From the NCBI GenBank assembly GCA_036397135.1, contig DASWJN010000144.1, positions 266 to 64,265 on the forward strand: DNA of 64,000 nucleotides, read 5' to 3'. Source of the stretch: Candidatus Methylomirabilota bacterium (GTDB lineage Bacteria; Methylomirabilota; Methylomirabilia; Rokubacteriales; CSP1-6). The position numbers and the translations under genes are program-made. Shown one piece after another: positions 1 through 8,827 of the stretch. The notes beneath the pieces were generated by a model that saw only the letters and a list, made by a program, of their open reading frames with translations, searched no databases and was not told where the DNA came from. How positions within the stretch are numbered: position 1 is the first letter of the stretch; every line of letters begins with the position of its first letter.

Positions 1-662
1 GCGGCGTTCATGTTGCGCTTCATGTAGCGCAGGGCGACCCGCGGGCCGCGGGCCATGCGCGCGGCCAGCGTCTGCGTCTCCTCCTCGAGCCGGGCGTCCG
101 GCACCACGCGGTTGGCCAGCCCCAGGGCCAGCGCCTGCGCGGCGTCGACGATCTCGGCGGTGTAGTACAGCTCGCGGGCCTTGGCGGTGCCGACGAGCTG
201 CGTGAGGAACCAGCTGCCTCCGAAGTCGCCCGAGTAGCCCACGCGGGCGAAGGCGGTGGCGAAGCGGGCGCTGTCGGCGGCGATTCGCACATCGCAGGCC
301 AGGGCCAGCGACAGCCCGGCCCCGGCGGCGGCGCCCCGCACCATCGCGATGGTCGGCTTGGGCATCTCGTGCAGCCAGCGGGAGACCTCCATGCGCGAGC
401 GGAGGGCCTGGGCTTTCTCCTCCAGCGTCGTGCCGCCGAACTCGCGCCCCTCGGCCATCGCCTTGACGTCGCCGCCCGCGCAGAACCCGCGACCGCTGCC
501 GGTCAGGATCACGGCGCCGACCTCGGCGTCGTCGGCGAGCCGGGGCAGCGCCTCCAGCAGTGCGTCGAGCATCGGCACCGACAGGGCGTTGAGCCGGTCG
601 GGCCGGTTCAGGGTCAGCGTGGCGACCCCGTCCTTGACGGACTCCAGCAAGTCATGCGTCAT
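1..662 (-). CDS. enoyl-CoA hydratase/isomerase (crotonase) family protein; C-terminus runs off the left edge
   Basis: Own translation of the minus strand from ATG 662-660: MTHDLLESVKDGVATLTLNRPDRLNAL...ILTGSGRGFCAGGDVKAM...PTIAMVRGAAAGAGLSLALACD, a typical crotonase signature. Absent from the ORF track because there is no stop inside the window. Confidence 0.8.
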   Translation of the reverse strand, partial: MTHDLLESVKDGVATLTLNRPDRLNALSVPMLDALLEALPRLADDAEVGAVILTGSGRGFCAGGDVKAMAEGREFGGTTLEEKAQALRSRMEVSRWLHEMPKPTIAMVRGAAAGAGLSLALACDVRIAADSARFATAFARVGYSGDFGGSWFLTQLVGTAKARELYYTAEIVDAAQALALGLANRVVPDARLEEETQTLAARMARGPRVALRYMKRNMNA

Positions 663-739
663 ACGCGCGCCTCCGAGGTGAAGCGGGATGGGCGCTCATG
701 ATACTCCTGAAGCCACGCGGCCGAGGAGGCGCGCGCCCG

Positions 740-1402
740 ATGAGCTTCACCCGCGAGCTGTGGACCGCGATGGCGCCCATCTACGAGGCGATCCTGCGCC
801 ATCCGTTCCTGACCGGCCTGACCGACGGCTCGCTGCCCCGTGAGACCTTCCGCTTCTACGCCGTCCAGGACGCGCTCTACCTGCGCGAGTTCGCCCGCGC
901 GCTGTCGCTGGCCGCCGCCCGCGCGCCCGAGGACGACTGGATCGTGATGTTCAACGAGCACGCCGCGGGCGCGCTCAAGGTCGAGCGCGCGCTGCACGAG
1001 GGCTTCTTCAAGGAGTTCGGGCTGGCCCCCGCCGAGGTCGCGGCCACGCCACTGGCGCCCACGAACACGGCCTACACCACCTACCTGCTCGCGGTGGCCT
1101 ACGGCGCCCCTTACCACGAGGCGCTCGCGGCGCTGCTGCCGTGCTACTGGATCTACTGGGAGGTCGGCAAGACGCTCGAGCGCGCGGGCTCCTCCGATGC
1201 GCTGTACGCCCGCTGGATCGCCACCTACGCCGCCGACGAGTTCGGCGACGTCGTCCGCGCCGTGCTCGCCGCCACCGACGCGGTCGCCGAGCGCCTGCGC
1301 CCGGCCGAGCGTGACGCGATGCGCCGGCACGTGCTCACCACGAGCCGTTACGAGTGGATGTTCTGGGACATGGGCTGGCGACGGGAGGCCTGGCCGGTCT
1401 GA
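740..1402 (+). CDS. tenA: TenA/thiaminase-II family protein
   Basis: ORF 698..1402. The internal ATG at 740 is preceded by GAGGAGG. MSFTRELWTAMAPIYEAILRHPFLTGLTDGSLPRETFRFYAVQDALYL and the C-terminal YEWMFWD fit the TenA/PqqC-like family. Confidence 0.7.
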   Translation: MSFTRELWTAMAPIYEAILRHPFLTGLTDGSLPRETFRFYAVQDALYLREFARALSLAAARAPEDDWIVMFNEHAAGALKVERALHEGFFKEFGLAPAEVAATPLAPTNTAYTTYLLAVAYGAPYHEALAALLPCYWIYWEVGKTLERAGSSDALYARWIATYAADEFGDVVRAVLAATDAVAERLRPAERDAMRRHVLTTSRYEWMFWDMGWRREAWPV

Positions 1403-1513
1403 GGGCGAGCCCGTCTGGCACGTGGTTGCCAGGCTGCCGGCACACGTGACGTCTTCAGGACGGCCAGTCGCTCCAAACACCCGATTTCTCTGGACCAACC
1501 GGCGAATCTGGTG

Positions 1514-1528
1514 TGGCACCTCGGTTGC
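1514..1528 (+). promoter_or_regulatory. sigma-54 (-24/-12) promoter candidate
   Basis: TGGCACctcggTTGC is an exact TGGCAC-N5-TTGC match, 45 nt upstream of ATG 1573. Confidence 0.5.
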
Positions 1529-1572
1529 TCTCCATCGGGCATCCAAGTCGGTTCGCGGGAGGGAGCGCCAGG

Positions 1573-2019
1573 ATGCGCGAAGCTCTGGGCCTTTCGAGTC
1601 TCCGGATGCCCCAGTGGGTGATTCTGTTCGGCGCGCTGCTGTACGCGTCGATCTACCTGGGCGTGCTCGACCTGCGCAACCTCGTCTCCTCGCTCGCGAG
1701 CCGCCCCGAGGTCGCGCGCGCGTTCAGCGACCCGAACTTCGGCCGGGCTGACGCCCTGATCCTCTTGTTCTCCACCCTGTTCCTGGGGCCGCTGGCGCTG
1801 TTCCTCGGACTGCTGGGCCTGGTCTTCGTGCTGGCCGTCTTCGGCGGCTTCCTGCTGCCGATCGTGCGCTGGTTCCGGATGCCCGACTGGATCGCCACCG
1901 CCATGGTGCTGAGCGCCCTCGTGGGGCTGGCGTGGGCGCACAGCGACGCGTGGGTGCCGCGCTCACTGTGGTTCCTGGGCCTGCTGGCGCGGGCCTGTCG
2001 CATCGTCGTCAGCGTCTGA
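1573..2019 (+). CDS. hypothetical integral membrane protein
   Basis: ORF 1513..2019 trimmed to ATG 1573 (GGGAGGGAG upstream; the sigma-54 motif lies inside the longer ORF). Several hydrophobic helices (WVILFGALLYASIYLGVL, LILLFSTLFLGPLALFLGLLGLVFVLAVFGGFLL). No family recognised. Confidence 0.5.
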   Translation: MREALGLSSLRMPQWVILFGALLYASIYLGVLDLRNLVSSLASRPEVARAFSDPNFGRADALILLFSTLFLGPLALFLGLLGLVFVLAVFGGFLLPIVRWFRMPDWIATAMVLSALVGLAWAHSDAWVPRSLWFLGLLARACRIVVSV

Positions 2020-3577
2020 GCGCGCGCGCTTCGCGCTCGAACCCCGGCAAGATCGCCTTGAACAAGGCGTTCTGCACCAGGCCGACCAGCGTCTCCCACG
2101 TGCTCGCGTCGGGATCCGAGATCTCTCCCGTGATCGGCACCACCGTGGCCACCTCGTCGCGCGGCCGGTTGCGGAGCACCTTGCCGATCAAGTCGACCGC
2201 CTTCTCCTTCAGCTTTCGGCCCACCGACTTGTCCGCGTCCTGCGCGGCGTCGTAGACGTCGAGGTCGCGAAAGAGCGGCTTGACGTAGCCCTCGATCCGC
2301 CGGTTCTTCACCCGCACTTCGGCGAAGACCGAAAACACCCCGGACACGACGTCGACCCTGGCGTGAGCTCGGAGCAGGTCGTTCATCGACTTCAGATCGA
2401 CGCTCTCGATCCGCGCATTCAGGTCGAAGTCGGGGCCCTTGATCTCCGGCCGGAACGTCGCGCTCACCGTCGTGTCGCCGCTACCCATGAAGCGGCCGTT
2501 CAGGCGCGCGGTCGCCGTGCCCTCCGTCCGCTGGTTGGTGAAGTTCTCGACGACAAGGTCGGTGTCGGCCAGGAAGACGCGATAGCGGGGTATGGCCTCC
2601 TCGTTCACGAAGCCGACGGTGGCGCCGCTGGCGGTGATCCGCCGGGCCTTGAGGAGCACGTCCGGCTTGTTGGCGACCTCCGCGGCGGCCTCGGCGGTCT
2701 TGGCCGCGGCCTTCTTCACGGGCTGGGCCGTGCGCTTGCGGTAGGCGTAATCCGCCTCGAGGCCGTCCACGCGCACCTCGTCCAGATCCACGATCTTCAC
2801 CTCGGGCGCGTACTCGACGTGGCCCCGGCCTCCGACGGTGCCGGCCGCCACCGTGAAGCCGTAGCGGGCGCCGATCGGCCGCAGGTAATCGAGCGCGATC
2901 CGCTCGAGGGCGATCCGGCCCTTGATGCCGAGGTGCGGCACTCTCAGGAAGTCGGCGTGGCCCTCGACCTCGAGCCGGCCGTCGTCGAAGACGGTCGCGT
3001 GGGCGCGCACGGGCGAGGGATACACGTCGGGCGCCGACCGCACGTTGCGAATGTCCTCGAACACCGCCTCGATGGCGGTCAGGGTGAGCGGCCGCGCCTG
3101 CCCGCTGTCGACGTACGTGAAGGCGCCGCGCCGCACCCGGAACTCGTTGATTTTCAGTGGGTACATCGCCTGCAGCGCCTCCTGCCAGCCGCGGTCCTTC
3201 ACGGGCGTGGGATCCTCGAGCTCGCGCAGGAAGTGGGTGCGGTCGACGTGGATCTCGGAGCCGTCCAGCTCGAAGTCGGCCACGACGCGGCCGCGGACGA
3301 CGGCGCTCCACTGCACGCTGGCCGACAGTCGCGGCACCCGCATGACCGGCGGGTCGGGATGCGCGTCCTGGGCGAGCACGACGTCGTAGAAGTCGATCGC
3401 GAAGCCGATCGGGTGGAAATCCAACTTGCCGATGCGCGCGGTATACCCCTTGAGCCGCGCGTTCATCTCCCGCTCGGTCGCGCGCCGCAGAGGCTCGTCG
3501 ATGAGGAACGCGATCGCATAGGCGAGCGCGAGCACCACCACCACGGCGCCCGCGATCCATTTCCAGCGCGTGCGCAC
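2009..3577 (-). CDS. DUF748 (AsmA-like) domain protein with N-terminal membrane anchor
   Basis: 522-aa ORF with an N-terminal TM segment (WIAGAVVVVLALAYAIAFLI). The overall pattern (YDVVLAQD, INEFRVRRGAFTYVD, VDLKSMNDLLRAHARVDVVSGVFSVFAEV) resembles DUF748 proteins, from memory. Confidence 0.6.
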   Translation of the reverse strand: MRTRWKWIAGAVVVVLALAYAIAFLIDEPLRRATEREMNARLKGYTARIGKLDFHPIGFAIDFYDVVLAQDAHPDPPVMRVPRLSASVQWSAVVRGRVVADFELDGSEIHVDRTHFLRELEDPTPVKDRGWQEALQAMYPLKINEFRVRRGAFTYVDSGQARPLTLTAIEAVFEDIRNVRSAPDVYPSPVRAHATVFDDGRLEVEGHADFLRVPHLGIKGRIALERIALDYLRPIGARYGFTVAAGTVGGRGHVEYAPEVKIVDLDEVRVDGLEADYAYRKRTAQPVKKAAAKTAEAAAEVANKPDVLLKARRITASGATVGFVNEEAIPRYRVFLADTDLVVENFTNQRTEGTATARLNGRFMGSGDTTVSATFRPEIKGPDFDLNARIESVDLKSMNDLLRAHARVDVVSGVFSVFAEVRVKNRRIEGYVKPLFRDLDVYDAAQDADKSVGRKLKEKAVDLIGKVLRNRPRDEVATVVPITGEISDPDASTWETLVGLVQNALFKAILPGFEREARALRR

Positions 3578-3601
3578 TCCACCCTCCCACGTCCGATTCG
3601 A

Positions 3602-3616
3602 GCAAGGCGGGTGCCA
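3602..3616 (-). promoter_or_regulatory. sigma-54 (-24/-12) promoter candidate
   Basis: The minus strand reads TGGCACccgccTTGC (exact consensus spacing), 25 nt upstream of the GTG start at 3577. GGGAGGGTGGA lies in between as a likely RBS. Confidence 0.5.
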
Positions 3617-3634
3617 CCGAGGCGACGGCCGTCC

Positions 3635-4822
3635 TCACCGCGACCGTCCCGCACGGCGGCCGAGGCCGAGCAACGCCAGGCCCACCGCGGCCAGCACCAC
3701 CGTCATGACGCCCGGCAGCACGCCGGCGTGCCTCGCGGTCAGCAGCCCGGCCACGAACGGTCCGAGGAACATCCCGCCGTCGACGGCGACACGATAGAGC
3801 GCGGTCCGCCACGCCACCTGATCCGGGGGCGTCGCCGACCTCAGGATGCCGAGCGGCAGCATCCAGCCCGCCATGCTGAGGCCGAAGAGCGCGCAGCCGG
3901 CCACCATGAGCGGCAGGCTGCCGAAGCCGATCAGCGCGAGCGCCAGGGAGAAGAGCAGCAGCACCCCGCCGAGCACCGGCGGCGTGCCCCGGCGATCGGC
4001 GAGCGCCCCCACCGGCAGGAGCGCGACGATGTCCACGGCCTGCGAGAGCATGAGCAGCCGCGCGATCCCCGCCCGGTCGAGCCCGAACTCGCGGCTGCCG
4101 CGCAGCGGGATGACGAACTGCTCGACGGTGGCGTAGCTGACCGCAACCGCGCCGCCGGTGACGACGGCGAGCAGCGCCAGCGAGCGGCTGGGCCCGGCGG
4201 CCACGAGGGCCGTTCCCGGGCTTCCCACGTCCTCGGTCCGCGCGAAGAACGAGCGGGATCCGTTCACGGAGGGCGCCGGCAGGGCGCGGCGGAGCGCCGG
4301 CAGCAGGAGCAGGCTCGCGGCGAGGGGCGCGCACGCCGCGAGCCAGGCGGTGGGCCAGGGCACCGACCGCGGCAGGATCGACAGCAGCGTGGCGCCGCTG
4401 AGTACTCCCAGCATCGCCGCGAACTCCATGGCGCCGAGCGAGGAGGCCAGGCGAGCGCCGGCGCGATAACGCAAGATGGCCGTGAGACCGCCGAGCGTGG
4501 TCAGGGTGTGGCCCACGCCCATGACCACACGACCGCTGACGAGGCTGACGAACGTGCCGCCGCCGGCCATCAGCAGCGCGCCCGCCAGGAGGAACGCCGG
4601 CGCGACGACCAGCGCGCGCGCCAGGTGATGCGTCATGAAGAGCCCGGCCGGCACGTTGGACACCATCCGTGCGAACCCGAACGCTCCGGCCACGGCGCCG
4701 AGCTGCCAGTCGGTCAGCCCCTCCGCGCCCAGCTCCGGCAGCAGCGCCGGGAACGCGCCGATGGACACGGTGTTGGCCGCGCCCATGAGGCACAACAGCA
4801 CGATCAGGCGGCGTGCTGGCAC
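3635..4822 (-). CDS. MFS transporter
   Basis: 395-aa ORF, about 12 hydrophobic segments. Loop motif GALADRRGTPPVLGG resembles the MFS D-R-x-G-R-R signature. Confidence 0.8.
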   Translation of the reverse strand: MPARRLIVLLCLMGAANTVSIGAFPALLPELGAEGLTDWQLGAVAGAFGFARMVSNVPAGLFMTHHLARALVVAPAFLLAGALLMAGGGTFVSLVSGRVVMGVGHTLTTLGGLTAILRYRAGARLASSLGAMEFAAMLGVLSGATLLSILPRSVPWPTAWLAACAPLAASLLLLPALRRALPAPSVNGSRSFFARTEDVGSPGTALVAAGPSRSLALLAVVTGGAVAVSYATVEQFVIPLRGSREFGLDRAGIARLLMLSQAVDIVALLPVGALADRRGTPPVLGGVLLLFSLALALIGFGSLPLMVAGCALFGLSMAGWMLPLGILRSATPPDQVAWRTALYRVAVDGGMFLGPFVAGLLTARHAGVLPGVMTVVLAAVGLALLGLGRRAGRSR

Positions 4823-4861
4823 GGCGCTTGAAGCGTCCAGTGGCGATCCCAGCGCAAGGAG

Positions 4862-5074
4862 ATGCCGATGCCGCCGAGAGGTGTGAAGAGTCGCACGCGC
4901 AAGCGTCAGTACGGGAAGGTGCTGAAGTCGATCAAGCGCGAGGGCCGCTACAAGGGGCGTCAGAAGGAAGTGGCCGCCCGGATCGTGAACAAGACGCGGC
5001 GGCGCCAGGGCGAGACCAGGACTCGCGGGCGCCGGCGGGCCGGCGGTCGGGGCCAGCAGCGCAAGGCCGCCTGA
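4862..5074 (+). CDS. small highly basic hypothetical protein
   Basis: 70-aa ORF MPMPPRGVKSRTRKRQYGKVLKSIKREGRYKGRQKEVAARIVNKTRRRQGE. It resembles small conserved basic proteins seen in high-GC bacteria; function unknown. Confidence 0.35.
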   Translation: MPMPPRGVKSRTRKRQYGKVLKSIKREGRYKGRQKEVAARIVNKTRRRQGETRTRGRRRAGGRGQQRKAA

Positions 5075-5083
5075 GCCACGCGC

Positions 5084-6145
5084 TCACGGTGCGGCGGCGG
5101 CGCGGGCGCGGCCGTGACCGGCCTGCTCGGCGCGCATCGTGTCGGGGTTGGCGCCGGCCTTCACGGCCAGATGGTACGCGAGGAGCTGCAACGGGACCAC
5201 CGCCACGATGGGCGAGAGCAGCTCCGGCACCGGGGGCAGCGCGATCGTCTCCGCCGCGAGCGCCGCGATCTCGCGGTCGTCCTCGGCGACGAGGGCGACG
5301 ACGGGCGCCCCGATCGCCGCCGCGACCCGCGCCACGTCGGCGCCGCGGGCGTGCGACGGCCCGGGCGGCGCGATCAGGAAGACGACGTCGTCAGGCTCCA
5401 GCGCGGCCCATGCGCCGTGGAGAAACTGCTCGCACGTGAGCCCGGCGGCGGGGATCCACGCCGCCTCGCTCAGCTTCAACGCCGCCTCGTAGGCGGTGGC
5501 GGTGTTGGGGCCGCCGCCGACACACCAGTAGCGCCGGCGGCCGCCGAAGCGGGCCGCCAGCTCATCCCACGCCTCCTGGCCGAGCAGCGTGGCCACCAGG
5601 TCCGGAAGGGCATCCACCTGGTGAGCCGCGTCGCCGTCGCGGCCGACCGTGGCCGCCAGCACGGCGAGCATCGCCAGCGCCGCGGTGTAGCTCACGGTGT
5701 GGCACGCCGAGGCCTCCAGCTCGACCGTGCGGAGCACGTGCGCAGCGCCGGCGGGAGCCCTCGCGCCCTTGCCGGTGATCGCGACCGTGACGCCGCCGGC
5801 GGCCCGGGTCAGCGCCGCATCGGCATGGCGGTGGCCCCGATGCGTGACGGCCACCACGGCGGCGCCGTCGGGATCCGGCCAGTACTCGACGAGATCGAAC
5901 GACTGCACCGCCCGCGCCCGCCGGCCGAGACGCCCGATCCGCGCCAGCAGCAGCTCGCCCACGAGCGCCGCGTGCCACGACGAGCCGAGCCCCGCCAGCC
6001 ACACGTGCGGCGCCGCGGCCAACCCCGCCGCCGCGGCCTCCAACACCTCTGCCTGCCCCCGCGTCACCAGCCGCAACACCCCCGGCTGCGCATAGATCGC
6101 CTCGTGCATGTGATACGGATGCCCCGCCCGCGCCTCTGCCGACAT
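5084..6145 (-). CDS. SIS-domain sugar isomerase/aminotransferase-like protein (GlmS isomerase-domain type)
   Basis: 353-aa ORF starting HPYHMHEAIYAQP. Two SIS-like halves (LAGLGSSWHAA, VVAVTHRG / YWCVGGGPNTATAYEAALKLSE). No glutaminase domain. Confidence 0.7.
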   Translation of the reverse strand: MSAEARAGHPYHMHEAIYAQPGVLRLVTRGQAEVLEAAAAGLAAAPHVWLAGLGSSWHAALVGELLLARIGRLGRRARAVQSFDLVEYWPDPDGAAVVAVTHRGHRHADAALTRAAGGVTVAITGKGARAPAGAAHVLRTVELEASACHTVSYTAALAMLAVLAATVGRDGDAAHQVDALPDLVATLLGQEAWDELAARFGGRRRYWCVGGGPNTATAYEAALKLSEAAWIPAAGLTCEQFLHGAWAALEPDDVVFLIAPPGPSHARGADVARVAAAIGAPVVALVAEDDREIAALAAETIALPPVPELLSPIVAVVPLQLLAYHLAVKAGANPDTMRAEQAGHGRARAAAAP

Positions 6146-6373
6146 TCGCCCGCCCCCGGGGGTTCCACCGACGATAACACCTCACAGCGTGAGGGTGGAC
6201 GCGTTCGAACCGCCGGCTCTGCCGGCACATCCGAACCCACGGGGGAACCCGGGCGCCGAGAAGGGGTCAGATCCTAGGCGGCGAGGAGTTCCCGACTGAG
6301 GCGTAGGCCGCCTACGCCGCAGGGAGGGAACGACGAGCCAACGACGGAGATGGCCCCTTCTCGGCGCCCGCCG

Positions 6374-7110
6374 CTACGCGGATTCGCGCAGGCCCCGGGC
6401 ATGACCGATCTCCTCCTGATACCGTCGACCGCGCTCCCAGCCACGGCGAAACGCCGGCGCCTCGGCATCACCACCAGGGCGCGCGCGCAGGGTCGCGAGC
6501 GACTCGACCCAGGTACGCCCGCGCAGGGCGCCGCTCAATGCGGCCTCGAAGCCGCGCCGGAACAGCACCTCGTCCCGCTCGAACGCGTGGGGGCCGTCTT
6601 CATAGCCCTCCTGCTCGGCGCTGCGCAGCCCGAGCCACCACCGCTCGCGGGCGGCGTCGATGCTCTCGGCGCCGGCGCCGGCCAGCACCCGGCGGGCGGC
6701 CTCGACGCGCTCGTCGTCGTCGATGAGCGCCACGACCACCGAGTGCCCGCGCCGGAGCGCGTCCTCGTAGACGAACAGCTCGTCGCGCGGCAGGCCGTTC
6801 ATCAACGACTCCTCGAGCGCGGCGCCCACCGCGGCGCCGCCGGCCCCGAGGAGCGCGGCGCCGATCAGGCCCGAGGCGATCACGGGCCCCACGCCGGGAA
6901 CGAGCAGCGTCACCATCGCCCCGAGGGGAACGCCGACCGTGACGCCGGCGGCGCCGCCCACGAGCGCGCCGAGGGCCTTGCCGATGCCGGGCGGCTCGCC
7001 CTCGTCGGTGGGCACGCGATGCGGTCCCGCGGGATCTCGAGCGCTTCCAGAGTGGAAACGGCGCGCTCGGCATCGGCGCGCTGGACGAAGACTCCGGCAA
7101 CGGCTTGCAT
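6374..7110 (-). pseudogene. general-stress / glycine-zipper membrane protein, apparently frameshifted near 7015-7030
   Basis: ATG 7110 with a GGAGGA RBS gives MQAVAGVFVQRADAERAVSTLEALEIPRDRI. The reading then continues in another frame as VPTDEGEPPGIGKALGALVGGAAGVTVGVPLG...ELFVYEDALRRGHSVVVALIDDDERVEAARRVL down to the stop at 6374. Confidence 0.55.
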
Positions 7111-7138
7111 GCAGACGTCCTCCGATGGCCGGATACGA

Positions 7139-7153
7139 GCAAGCACGGTGCCA
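7139..7153 (-). promoter_or_regulatory. sigma-54 (-24/-12) promoter candidate
   Basis: The minus strand reads TGGCACcgtgcTTGC (exact), 29 nt upstream of ATG 7110. Confidence 0.5.
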
Positions 7154-7243
7154 GGCACCGTCACGAGGACCCCCGCTTGCGTTGCCGCCGGTCAGCGTGC
7201 CACCATCGCAACCGCTTCGCCGGACTTCACAGGAGGACCAGCC

Positions 7244-8827
7244 ATGAGCCTCATCAGTCGTCGCGTTTTCCTCGCCGGGACCGCCGCGGTCGCCGCCACC
7301 GGCATCGCCGCCCCGTACGTGCACGCGCAGAAGCGGGGCGGCACGCTGAGATTCGTGCCGCACGCCGATCTCAAGATCCTCGACCCGATCTGGACGACCG
7401 CGTACATCACGCGCAACCACGGCTACATGATCTTCGACACGCTCTTCGCGCTCGACGCGAATCTGAGATTGCAGCCGCAGATGGTGGACAAGTACACGGT
7501 CAGCAAGGACGCCATGAAGTACTCGTTCACCCTGCGCGACGGGCTGAAGTTCCACGACGGCGCCCCGGTGACCGCCGAGGACTGCGTGGCCTCCATCAAG
7601 CGCTGGGGCGCCAAGGACGCGGTGGGCCGGCTCATGATGGCCTCGGTCTCGAAGATGGCGCCGGCCGACCGGAGGACGTTCGTGATCGAGCTCGAGACGC
7701 CGTTCGGCCTCGTCCTCGACGCGCTCGGCAAGCCCTCGGCCAGCCCCTCGTTCATCATGCCGGCCCGGCTGGCCGCCACCGACCCCAACGACCAGGTCAA
7801 GGAGGTGGTGGGCTCGGGGCCGTTCAAGTTCTCCAAGGACGAGTGGCAGCCGGGCAACCGCGTCGTCTACCTCCGCAACCGCGACTACGTGCCGCGCAAG
7901 GAGAAGCCGAGCGGCGCGGCCGGCGCCAAGCTGCCGCTGGTGGATCGGGTCGAGTGGCGCTACATCCCCGACGCCGCCACCGCCGGCGCCGCCCTGGAGG
8001 CCGGCGAGGTCGATTACTGGGAGAACGTGCCGCTCGACTTCGCGCCGCGCCTGGAGAAGAACGCCAACGTCACGGTGTTCGTGACCGATCCCAAGGGCAG
8101 CCAGGGCATCCTGCGGCCCAACCACCTGCATCCGCCGTTCAACAACAAGAAGGCCCGGCAGGCGCTGCTGCTGGCCGTCGACCAGAAGAACTACCTGCAG
8201 GCGGTCATCGGCCACGAGAAGTACTACAAGGTCTGCCCCTCGGTCTTCATGTGCGGCGGCCTGCCCTACGAGTCGGCGGCCGGCGCCCCCAAGCCCGACC
8301 TGGAGCGGGCCCGGCAACTGCTCAAGGAGTCGGGGTACGACGGGCGGCCCCTCGTGGTCCTCGACCCCACCGACTCGCCGTACGCCCACGCGCCGGCGCT
8401 CGTCACCACCGAGGTGCTGCGCTCGCTCGGCGCCAACGTCGACCTGCAGGCGATGGACTGGTCCACCATGGTGGCGCGCCGCGCGAAGAAGGAGCCGCCG
8501 CCGCAGGGCGGCTGGAACATCTTCCACACGTGGTCGACCTCGTTCGACACGATGACCCCGGCGGTGTCGTCCGTGCTCGGCGGTGCCGGCGACAAGGCGT
8601 GGTTCGGCTGGCCCACCAGCGAGGCGATGGAGAAGCTGCGCGCCGAGTTCTCGCGGGAGCCCAGCGAGGCCAAGCGCAAGGCGATCGCCGAGCAGGTCCA
8701 GCGGCTCGCCTACGACGAGGTGCCCTACGTGCCGTGGGGCCAGTTCGTGGTGCCGGGCGCCTTCCGCAAGAACGTGAAGGGCGTGCTGCAGTTCGGGGCG
8801 ACGCTGCTCTGGAACATCCAGGTGTGA
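7244..8827 (+). CDS. ABC transporter substrate-binding protein, family 5 (peptide/nickel type), Tat-type signal
   Basis: ATG 7244 follows AGGAGGA. MSLISRRVFLAGTAAVAATG signal, then GGTLRFVPHADLKILDP..YSFTLRDGLKFHDGAPVTAED, typical of SBP_bac_5. Confidence 0.85.
   Translation: MSLISRRVFLAGTAAVAATGIAAPYVHAQKRGGTLRFVPHADLKILDPIWTTAYITRNHGYMIFDTLFALDANLRLQPQMVDKYTVSKDAMKYSFTLRDGLKFHDGAPVTAEDCVASIKRWGAKDAVGRLMMASVSKMAPADRRTFVIELETPFGLVLDALGKPSASPSFIMPARLAATDPNDQVKEVVGSGPFKFSKDEWQPGNRVVYLRNRDYVPRKEKPSGAAGAKLPLVDRVEWRYIPDAATAGAALEAGEVDYWENVPLDFAPRLEKNANVTVFVTDPKGSQGILRPNHLHPPFNNKKARQALLLAVDQKNYLQAVIGHEKYYKVCPSVFMCGGLPYESAAGAPKPDLERARQLLKESGYDGRPLVVLDPTDSPYAHAPALVTTEVLRSLGANVDLQAMDWSTMVARRAKKEPPPQGGWNIFHTWSTSFDTMTPAVSSVLGGAGDKAWFGWPTSEAMEKLRAEFSREPSEAKRKAIAEQVQRLAYDEVPYVPWGQFVVPGAFRKNVKGVLQFGATLLWNIQV

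Noticed and set aside
1413-1427. A second sigma-54-like motif, TGGCACGtggTTGCC, about 100 nt upstream of the accepted one at 1514.
   Set aside because: The GG and GC elements are 11 nt apart rather than 12. Sigma-54 spacing is strict, so I do not call it a promoter.
4816-4830. TGGCACggcgcTTGA upstream of the small basic ORF at 4862.
   Set aside because: The -12 element reads GA instead of the near-invariant GC, and the motif overlaps the MFS start codon. Kept only as a weak mention in the sigma-54 finding.
2363-4831. Very long ORFs antisense to or overlapping confident genes. Examples: 2363..4831, 2481..4793, 18326..20575, 20829..22919, 35244..37679, 39417..42386, 42356..46183, 52004..53953, 55463..57649.
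   Set aside because: Arg/Gly/Ala/Pro-dominated low-complexity translations with no recognisable motifs. This is the expected artefact of stop-codon depletion at this GC content. The opposite-strand genes have clear family signatures and RBS or overlap geometry.
6990-7040. Programmed ribosomal frameshift in the stress-protein gene.
   Set aside because: No slippery heptamer or obvious downstream stimulatory structure at the frame junction. A simple indel or assembly error is the more economical reading.
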